Shown piece by piece: positions 57,246-64,000 of a DNA stretch of 64,000 nt. Below the pieces are notes generated by a model. It was not told where the DNA came from. It saw only the letters and a program-made list of their open reading frames with translations, and made no database searches. The number at the start of each line of letters is the position of its first letter. The stretch's first letter is position 1. The stretch spans positions 1 through 64,000 of the forward strand of contig JBGAML010000018.1 of the NCBI GenBank assembly GCA_044223005.1. The letters run 5' to 3'. A program made the translations under genes and the position numbers. This DNA is from Candidatus Eiseniibacteriota bacterium (GTDB taxonomy: Bacteria > Eisenbacteria > RBG-16-71-46).

Positions 57246-57276
57246 ACGGCCGCCCTCGCGTCGCGGGGGCGGCCGT
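57246..57276 (+). terminator. Hairpin after the secreted protein gene
   Basis: ACGGCCGCCC...GGGCGGCCGT stem followed by TCCGTTTC. Confidence 0.6.
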
Positions 57277-57583
57277 TCCGTTTCACGCTCCTGCGCCCGG
57301 CGTGCATTCCGCACGCATGCGGCGGGACGCGAGGGTGCTTCTCGAATCGCGAATGGTGATTTCGCCGAGTCCCGGGCGCGCTCCGTGGCACGCGCCGCGC
57401 GAGCGCGTCGCGCACGCGTTGCGGCGCAACGGCCTGCGCGTGGCGCGGGATTTCCCCCAGCGGAGTGGGCGACGTTGCACAGCGCACGGAACGCTTCCCG
57501 GCGCGGGCGAAGACCCCCATAGACTTCTCTTCGTCAGGCCGGGCCGCACGCCCCTCGGGCGGTCCGGCCACGAGGGGGAGGCC

Positions 57584-58534
57584 ATGCACCGCACCGATTC
57601 GATCCGACTTCTCGCCGTTCTCCTGGCGCTCGCCATCGGCGCGCCGGCCGCGTACGCCACGCGCGAACTCGCGTACGACAACGATACCGATGCCATGGTG
57701 CCGGGTGCCGCGACCACCGATCGCAACTACACTTTCGGCGCCCGCGCGGCGTGGTTCGGGGCGCCCGGTGTCCTGCCGCGCGCCGTGCGCGGCCTCGCCC
57801 GCCGCATCAACGGCGCGGACGCGACGCCGCACGTCTCGCTGGCGATCGCGCAGGCGCTCTACACGCCCGACGCGCTTTCGAACCCGAACCCGATCGCGAA
57901 CGACCGGCCGTACGCGGCGTGGCTGCACGCCGACGCGACGGTCGCCGCGACGACGCCGACGCGCGCGCGCGCGCTCACGCTGACGCTCGGCGTAGTCGGC
58001 CCGTTCGCGCAGGGCGAAGAGGTGCAGGCGTGGTGGCATCGCCGCGAACACGTGCGGCTGCCGCGCGGCTGGCGCTGGCAGCTCGTCAACGAGCCCACGC
58101 TGGGCGTCGCGTTCGACGAGCGCTGGCGGCCGTGGGGCGCGCGGCGCCACGCGGACGTCGTGCCGCACGTGCGGCTCGCCGCGGGCAACGTGAGCACCGA
58201 GGCCGCCGCGGGCGCGACCGTGCGCCTCGGCTGGCTCGCCAACGACTTCGGTCCCGGTGCGCCGTCGGGCCCCGAGGCGGCCGTGCACGCGACGCGCGCG
58301 TACGTGTTCGCGCGGGCCGAGGGCCGCGCGGTCGCGCGCGACCTGTTCCTCGACGGCAACACGTTCGCGTCGGGGCCGAGCGTGCACCACGAGCCGTTCG
58401 TCGGCGAGGCGCAGGTCGGCGCCAGCCTGCACCGCGGCGCGCTGGGCGTCCGCTACACGTTCTCCTACACGACGCAGCAGTTCCGCGAGCGCGCCGACGC
58501 GCACGAGTACGGTTCGGTCGTCCTTTCGTTCTGA
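57584..58534 (+). CDS. lpxR: Lipid A 3-O-deacylase LpxR family (DUF2219) outer-membrane protein
   Basis: YDND, DRNYT, QALYTP, DRPYAAWL, GWRWQL, FLDGNTF, terminal Phe. Confidence 0.85.
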   Translation: MHRTDSIRLLAVLLALAIGAPAAYATRELAYDNDTDAMVPGAATTDRNYTFGARAAWFGAPGVLPRAVRGLARRINGADATPHVSLAIAQALYTPDALSNPNPIANDRPYAAWLHADATVAATTPTRARALTLTLGVVGPFAQGEEVQAWWHRREHVRLPRGWRWQLVNEPTLGVAFDERWRPWGARRHADVVPHVRLAAGNVSTEAAAGATVRLGWLANDFGPGAPSGPEAAVHATRAYVFARAEGRAVARDLFLDGNTFASGPSVHHEPFVGEAQVGASLHRGALGVRYTFSYTTQQFRERADAHEYGSVVLSF

Positions 58535-58549
58535 GCCGCCGGCGCGGCG

Positions 58550-59284
58550 TCAGGCCTCGGCCGGCGCCGGCGCCGGCGTCGCGTCGGCCGCCGCGAAGAT
58601 GTGCCCGACCGCGTCGCCCGAGCCCAGGTCGATGAGCGCGTGCAGCGCGATGCCGGGCAGCAGCGAGCCGGTGCCGAGGTAGACGAGCGCCATCACCAGC
58701 CCGACGACGCCGGTCTTGAGCACGCCCGATCGGCCCTGGTACGCGTGCCCGAGTCCGAAGAGCGCGGAAGAGAGCACCGCCGCGATCCACGGCCCGGTCC
58801 ACGCGCCGATGAACCACATCAGGTAGCCGCGCGCGAGCAGTTCCTCGCAGAAGCCCGCGGTCAGCGACAACCCGCGAAACGCGCCGCGCTCGGCGGCGGT
58901 GTGCGGCGAGATGAGCGCGATGCCCGCGGGGAGCTTCGCCGCGTACGCGGCGAGCTTCTCTCGCGGCATGCGCGCGATCGCACGCGCCTGCACGACCATG
59001 CGCGCCGCGAGGAGGGCGACGAGCACGAGGGCCACGGCCAGCCGGACGCCGGCGGGGACGCTGAACCCGAGCGCCGCCCACGCGCGGCCCGAATGCCACC
59101 AGAGCGCGAGCGCCGCGAGCGCGAGCAGCCACTCGCTCGCCGCGATCGCGCCGTAGAAACGCATGCGTGCGCCGGGGTGGCCGGCGGCGATCGCTCGTCG
59201 GGACGCCGGAATCAACACGAAGTGGTCCCATGCGCCCCACGCGAGCAGGATGGTGACGAACACGAAATCCAGCAGGCCCGGCAT
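58550..59284 (-). CDS. CPBP (Abi/CAAX) intramembrane glutamic endopeptidase
   Basis: AGFCEELLARG, FGLGHAYQG, HALID. Confidence 0.92.
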   Translation of the reverse strand: MPGLLDFVFVTILLAWGAWDHFVLIPASRRAIAAGHPGARMRFYGAIAASEWLLALAALALWWHSGRAWAALGFSVPAGVRLAVALVLVALLAARMVVQARAIARMPREKLAAYAAKLPAGIALISPHTAAERGAFRGLSLTAGFCEELLARGYLMWFIGAWTGPWIAAVLSSALFGLGHAYQGRSGVLKTGVVGLVMALVYLGTGSLLPGIALHALIDLGSGDAVGHIFAAADATPAPAPAEA

Positions 59285-59493
59285 GCGTCCCTCCTCGGTG
59301 AGTGGCCGGCTCGCAGCATCGGCGTTCGCGCGCCGCCGTGCACGCGGCATTCGGCGAACGGAGGCGGATCGTCGGCCGCCGACGCCGGCGCGGGCCGCTC
59401 GACGGGCCGCCTCGGACGCGGGTATTCTCGCCGCCTTCCCAGACGTCATCGACGCGGCCGGCCGCGGCCGCCAGCAACGAGGAGTCCCGCACC

Positions 59494-60702
59494 GTGTGGT
59501 CCACCATCGAAGCCAAGATCCAGCGCGGCGAACGGCTGAACACCGAGGAAGGCGTCTACCTTCTCACCGACGCGCCGCTGCTCGAGATGGGCACGCTCGC
59601 GCAGGACGTGCGCGCGAAGAAGACGGATCCGAAGCTCGTCACGTACGTGATCGACACGAATCCGAACTACACCAACTGGTGCACGGTGGACTGTCACTTC
59701 TGCGCGTTCTACCGCAAGCCGGGCAAGCCCGCCGCGGACGGCTACACGCACGACGTCGAAGGCGTGATGCGCATGATGGAGCAGGCGCGCAGCGTCGGGG
59801 CGACCACGGTGCTGCTGCAGGGTGGCTTGAACCCCGAGATCCCGTGGTCGTTCTACACGGACATCGTGCGTGAGGCGCGCCGGCGTTATCCCGAGATCAT
59901 GCCGCACTTCTTCTCGGCGCCCGAGATCCACCAGATGGTGGCCGTGAGCGGTCTTTCGATCCGCGGCGTGCTCGAGGCGCTCTACGAGGCCGGCCAGCGC
60001 TCGCTGCCGGGCGGCGGCGCGGAGATCCTCGCGGCGCGCGTGCGCCAGCGCATCTCGGTCAAGAAGGGCGGGCCGGAGACCTGGCTCGAGGTGCACCGCG
60101 AGGCGCACCGCGTCGGCATGAAGTCGACCGCCACCATGATGTACGGCCACGTCGAGACGCCGGCCGAGATCGTGGAGCACCTCGACTACATCCGCGCCCT
60201 GCAGGACGAGACGCACGGCTTCACCGCGTTCGTGCCGTGGTCCTACAAGCGTGGCAACACGCCCATGGAATCCAAGGTGCCGCACATCGCGGGCGCGAAC
60301 ATGTACTTCCGCGTGCTCGCGGCGTCGCGGCTCTACCTCGACAACTTCGACCACATCCAGGCGACGTGGTTCAGCGAGGGCAAGAAGACCGGCCAGATCG
60401 CGCTGCATTTCGGCGCGGACGATTTCGGCGGCACGCTGTTCGAGGAGAACGTGCACCTCGCGACCGGGCACCACAACAAGACCACGATCGCCGAGATCGA
60501 GACGCTGATCCGCGAGTCGGGCTTCACGCCGGCCCAGCGCGACACGCTCTACGGGATCGTGAAGGTGAGCGAAGGGCCGGAGGCGCTGCAGAACCTGTCG
60601 GCCGAGGTGCCGCTGTTCGTCGAGAGCCTGCGCGAGCTGCCGGCCGAGTATCCGGCCCAGCTCGAGGGCGAGGAGCCGGGCTCGCTCGTGATGCCGAGCT
60701 GA
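59494..60702 (+). CDS. mqnC: Cyclic dehypoxanthine futalosine synthase MqnC (radical SAM)
   Basis: NPNYTNWCTVDCHFCAFYR, LLQGGLNP, PGGGAEIL, TATMMYGH, FTAFVPW, GADDFG; SD GAGGAG. Confidence 0.92.
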   Translation: MWSTIEAKIQRGERLNTEEGVYLLTDAPLLEMGTLAQDVRAKKTDPKLVTYVIDTNPNYTNWCTVDCHFCAFYRKPGKPAADGYTHDVEGVMRMMEQARSVGATTVLLQGGLNPEIPWSFYTDIVREARRRYPEIMPHFFSAPEIHQMVAVSGLSIRGVLEALYEAGQRSLPGGGAEILAARVRQRISVKKGGPETWLEVHREAHRVGMKSTATMMYGHVETPAEIVEHLDYIRALQDETHGFTAFVPWSYKRGNTPMESKVPHIAGANMYFRVLAASRLYLDNFDHIQATWFSEGKKTGQIALHFGADDFGGTLFEENVHLATGHHNKTTIAEIETLIRESGFTPAQRDTLYGIVKVSEGPEALQNLSAEVPLFVESLRELPAEYPAQLEGEEPGSLVMPS

Positions 60703-60718
60703 CCCCGGCGGCAACGGA

Positions 60719-60748
60719 ACGGCCCGGCGCCTCGTGGCGCCGGGCCGT
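60719..60748. terminator. Hairpin between convergent genes
   Basis: ACGGCCCGGCGCC-TCGT-GGCGCCGGGCCGT. Confidence 0.65.
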
Positions 60749-60766
60749 CGTGTTCGGGGCGCGCGC

Positions 60767-62458
60767 TCAGCGCGTCGAGGCGAGCGCCGGACCGAGCGGC
60801 GCCAGCTCCAGCCAGACGACCTGGAAGCCGTCCGTGGTGGTGCCGCGCCACTCGCGCGTCACGTCGAGATCGAACGTCTTCGCGGCCCCCTCGCGCGCCA
60901 TGATCTCGCTCCATTCGCCCCATGCGGCGCGGGCGTCACGGAACACGAGCACGACGTGGCGGAACGCGAGCCGGCGCCGGCACGGCGTCACGTCCGACGG
61001 CGCGAGCGCGAGGTGCACGACGGGGTGGTTCGTCTGCCACGCGAGCGCGGGGCCGAGGTTGCTCATGATCGGCTCGCCCGCGGGCACCTGGCGCGCGAGC
61101 GAGATCGAGAGCCGCGTCAGCGTCTCCGAGGACGGCACGCCGCGCTCGTGCGAGCCCTGCTCGGCCTCCGCGAGGCCCCGCGTCGTGGACCACGCGCCCC
61201 AGCCGAGCGCCAGCACGGCGACGAACGCGATCAGGCCGCGACGCAGGGGCGGCGCGATCGCGTGCTCCGGCAGCCGCGTGACGAGCGCCCACGCGGCCAG
61301 CATGCCCGCGGGCTCGAGCAGGATCCGCGAGGGGAAGAGGTAGCGCAGCCACGGAATGCTCGCGGCGGCGCTCAGTACCCCGAGCCCGGCACCGAGCAGC
61401 GCCACGAGTCCCGCCGCGGCGAGCGGGCGCGGCGGCTTCGTGAGCGCGAGATAGCCGGCGAGCGAGCCGAGCCACAGCCCGCGCGGACCCAGCAGCATCG
61501 CCTCGAAGAGCGCGGGCAGGTTGCGCGCGACCTTGGCGGCCAGCAGGCCGTACGCCTGCATGCCGTGTGGCAGCTCGGGGACCGAGGCCTGGTGGTAGAG
61601 CGAGAACCAGTTGCGGCCGCCGATGCCGTCCCACACCACGAAGCGCGTGAGGTCCCAGCCCGGCGAGCCAAACTGCTTCCACTTGTAGAGCCACCATGGC
61701 GCGAGCGGCACCACGAAACCGAGTGCGACGAGCAGCAGCGTGCGCCGCCGCCGCCCCGGGGGCGCGCACGCCATCGCGCCGAGCGCGAACAGCGGCGCGA
61801 GCCACATCATGTTCGCGCGGAAGAGCCCGGTGATCCCGAGCAGCAGCCCGTAAGCGAGCGGCGCGCCCGCCGGCGCCCCCATCGCGAGGCCGAAGAGCGC
61901 CAGCAGCAGTCCGAGCGTGAAGGGAAGCTCGGTGAAGCCGCCGATCGCGAAGTGCTGCGCCTCGGGGTCCAGCACGAACGCGAGCCCGGCGGTGACGGCC
62001 GCGCCCGCGCGCATCGCCGGGCTGCTGCCGGGTGACCAGCGCCCGAGCATGTGGCGCACCGACAGCGCGAGCGACGCGGCCGCGAGCAGGAAGCACGCGA
62101 ACGGGATCATCAGCGTCATGCTCGCGCGCTGGTCCGAGCCGGGGTGGATGCCGGCCGCGTAGGCGACCTTGAAGACGAGTCCCTGCGCCAGCACCATGCC
62201 CGGCTGCACGGCGGCCAGCGGCCAGGGCGGCGTCGCGTGCTTCTGCAGTTCGATCGGCAGAGCGTACGGCGTCGCCAGCTTGCCGTGCCACGCGAGTTCG
62301 CGGGCGGCGAGCGCGTACTGCGCCGTGTCGTAGTTGAGGATCGGCGAGCGGCCACCCAGGTCCCAGGCGCGGGAGTGCAGGTGCCACGTCCACGCCCCGG
62401 CCAGCAGCACGACGGGAAGGACCAGCAGTTCGAGCAGGCGGGCCGCGTAACGGTTCAT
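60767..62458 (-). CDS. Polytopic membrane protein, probable GT-C (ArnT/PMT-like) glycosyltransferase
   Basis: YDTAQYALAARELA loop after the first TM, FTELPF, PWW, RYLFP, periplasmic C-terminal domain. Confidence 0.65.
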   Translation of the reverse strand: MNRYAARLLELLVLPVVLLAGAWTWHLHSRAWDLGGRSPILNYDTAQYALAARELAWHGKLATPYALPIELQKHATPPWPLAAVQPGMVLAQGLVFKVAYAAGIHPGSDQRASMTLMIPFACFLLAAASLALSVRHMLGRWSPGSSPAMRAGAAVTAGLAFVLDPEAQHFAIGGFTELPFTLGLLLALFGLAMGAPAGAPLAYGLLLGITGLFRANMMWLAPLFALGAMACAPPGRRRRTLLLVALGFVVPLAPWWLYKWKQFGSPGWDLTRFVVWDGIGGRNWFSLYHQASVPELPHGMQAYGLLAAKVARNLPALFEAMLLGPRGLWLGSLAGYLALTKPPRPLAAAGLVALLGAGLGVLSAAASIPWLRYLFPSRILLEPAGMLAAWALVTRLPEHAIAPPLRRGLIAFVAVLALGWGAWSTTRGLAEAEQGSHERGVPSSETLTRLSISLARQVPAGEPIMSNLGPALAWQTNHPVVHLALAPSDVTPCRRRLAFRHVVLVFRDARAAWGEWSEIMAREGAAKTFDLDVTREWRGTTTDGFQVVWLELAPLGPALASTR

Positions 62459-62604
62459 GGCCGTAACTTACGCGGGGCTTCGGGATGGCTCAACCCTCGT
62501 CGTCCGAAAAGCCGCGCTCGCCCCCGGCCGGGTTGCGTTCGGCGGGCCCGGGCGGCGAGAGTGCGCGGTCTCGCTCGTCCGCCGACCTTCCCGCCGGAGG
62601 TGCC

Positions 62605-64000
62605 ATGTCCCGACGATTCCCGCTCGCGCTGCTCGCGCTCCTCGCGCTCGCCACCCCGGTGCGCGCCGAGGACGGCGCCGACCATCGGCTCGGCCGCGAC
62701 GTGCGGCCCGTGTTCGAGGCCGTGCGCCTGCACGTCGATCCCGACCAGCACGACTATTCCGGCACGGTGCGCGTCGACCTCGACGTCACGAAGCCCGTCA
62801 CGAGCTTCGACCTGTACGCCGACGTGCAGACCCTGTCGCGCGTCGTCGTGATCCAGGGGCGCGACACGCTCGGCGCCGAGCAGGAGCCCGACGAGAACGG
62901 CCTGCTCACGCTCACGGTCCCGCGCGCGCTCGCCGTGGGTCCGGCGCGGCTCGAGATCGACTTCAAGAACTCGTACGGCACGCGTGCGGTCAGCCTGTAT
63001 CGCGTGACCAAGGACGGCCGCGGCTACGTGTTCACGCAGTTCGAGTCCGACGACGCCCGCCGCGCGTTCCCGTGCTGGGACGAGCCCGGGTTCAAGATCC
63101 CCTGGCAGGTCACGCTCGAGCTCCCGGCCGCCGACGCCGGCGTCTCCAACACGCCGATCGAGAGCGAGCGCACCGCGGGGGCGTGGAAGACGATCGTCTT
63201 CAAGCGCACGCGCCCGCTGCCCAGCTACCTGCTCGCGGTGTGCGCGGGTCCGTTCGAGTTCACGCCGGTGGCCGGAACGAAGGTGCCGACGCGCATCGTC
63301 ACGGTGCAGGGGCAGAAGCGGCTCACGGCCGTCGCGGCGGCGGACACGCCGAAGCTCCTCGCGGCGCTGGAGAAGTGGTTCGGGACGCCGTACCCGTACG
63401 AGAAGCTCGACCTGATCGCGGTGCCCGACTTCGCCTACGGGGCCATGGAGAACGCGGGCGCGATCACGTACCGCGACGACGCGCTGCTCATGGACCCGGC
63501 CACCGCCACCGTGAGCCAGCGGCGCTCGCTCGCGAACACCAACTGCCACGAGCTTTCGCACATGTGGTTCGGCGACCTCGTGACCATGGAATGGTGGGAC
63601 GACCTCTGGCTCAACGAGTCGTTCGCGGACTGGATGGCGGCCAAGATCACCGACGAGGTCTTTCCGGAACTGCAGCACGGCCTGAACGACCTGCAGCGCA
63701 TCCAGCGGGTCAAGTCCGGCGACGCGCTGCCGTCCACGATCCCGATCCGCTCGCACACGAGCAACTCCTCGCTCGGGCTGCAAAACGTCGGGCTCGTCTA
63801 CAGCAAGGGCAACGCGGTGCTGTCGATGTTCGAGGCGTGGCTCGGGCCCGAGGTGTTCCGCAAGGGCGTGCGCCAGTACCTCGCCGAGCACGCGTGGGGC
63901 AACGCGACCGCGGCGGACCTCTGGAAGGCGCTCGACACCGCGAGCGGCACGAACGTCTCGGCGGCCATGTCGACGTTCGTGGACCAGCCGGGCGTGCCCA
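62605..64000 (+). CDS. M1-family aminopeptidase (runs off the window end)
   Basis: GGAGG then MSRRFPLALLALLALATPVRA signal; TQFESDDARRAFPCWDEP, GAMEN, HELSHMWFGDLVT, WLNESFA. Not listed in the ORF track because it has no stop in the window. Confidence 0.93.
   Translation, partial: MSRRFPLALLALLALATPVRAEDGADHRLGRDVRPVFEAVRLHVDPDQHDYSGTVRVDLDVTKPVTSFDLYADVQTLSRVVVIQGRDTLGAEQEPDENGLLTLTVPRALAVGPARLEIDFKNSYGTRAVSLYRVTKDGRGYVFTQFESDDARRAFPCWDEPGFKIPWQVTLELPAADAGVSNTPIESERTAGAWKTIVFKRTRPLPSYLLAVCAGPFEFTPVAGTKVPTRIVTVQGQKRLTAVAAADTPKLLAALEKWFGTPYPYEKLDLIAVPDFAYGAMENAGAITYRDDALLMDPATATVSQRRSLANTNCHELSHMWFGDLVTMEWWDDLWLNESFADWMAAKITDEVFPELQHGLNDLQRIQRVKSGDALPSTIPIRSHTSNSSLGLQNVGLVYSKGNAVLSMFEAWLGPEVFRKGVRQYLAEHAWGNATAADLWKALDTASGTNVSAAMSTFVDQPGVP

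Noticed and set aside
33525..60702. CofH/F420 synthesis assignment for the two radical SAM genes
   Set aside because: The motifs and the presence of mqnA, mqnP and ubiD/ubiX favour MqnE and MqnC.
1902..60748. GC-rich intergenic hairpins as a REP family mobilised by the TnpA-like protein
   Set aside because: The hairpins share no common sequence or GTAG-type foot and sit at gene 3' ends, consistent with terminators.
1..64000. CRISPR array, rRNA, tRNA, prophage, integrase
   Set aside because: No regularly spaced direct repeats, RNA-gene signatures or phage/integrase motifs were seen by eye. A covariance-model scan was not possible.

Overview
Very high-GC bacterial chromosomal segment. The PorV-like barrel, three proteins with C-terminal FlgD-Ig/T9SS-type sorting domains, futalosine genes and a Fibrobacter-like SOS box suggest an FCB-group lineage such as Candidatus Eisenbacteria (inference only). 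About 47 genes: lexA with a degenerate IS200-type HUH protein; two tandem leader-ORF + TonB-dependent receptor (TBDR) modules; dispersed futalosine menaquinone genes (mqnP/ubiX/ubiD, mqnE, mqnA, mqnC); a btpA-pfkB-psuG operon; a five-gene cluster (giant secreted protein, PorV-TPR, HAMP-PP2C-RsbW, STAS, histidine kinase); recQ; a his operon with a His-rich leader attenuator; and several secreted hydrolases. Best candidate for an undescribed system: two paralogous secreted leader proteins ending in [YF]xPLRN-stop, each followed at once by an anti-Shine-Dalgarno arm that can pair with the RBS of the downstream TBDR. This resembles SecM/MifM/CruR-type ribosome-arrest control but uses a motif I do not recognise. 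Also notable: an apparently SOS-regulated TnpA-like protein lacking its catalytic Tyr, and the putative trans-envelope partner-switching operon. No rRNA, tRNA or CRISPR array was seen. All calls come from motif reading, with no database searches.
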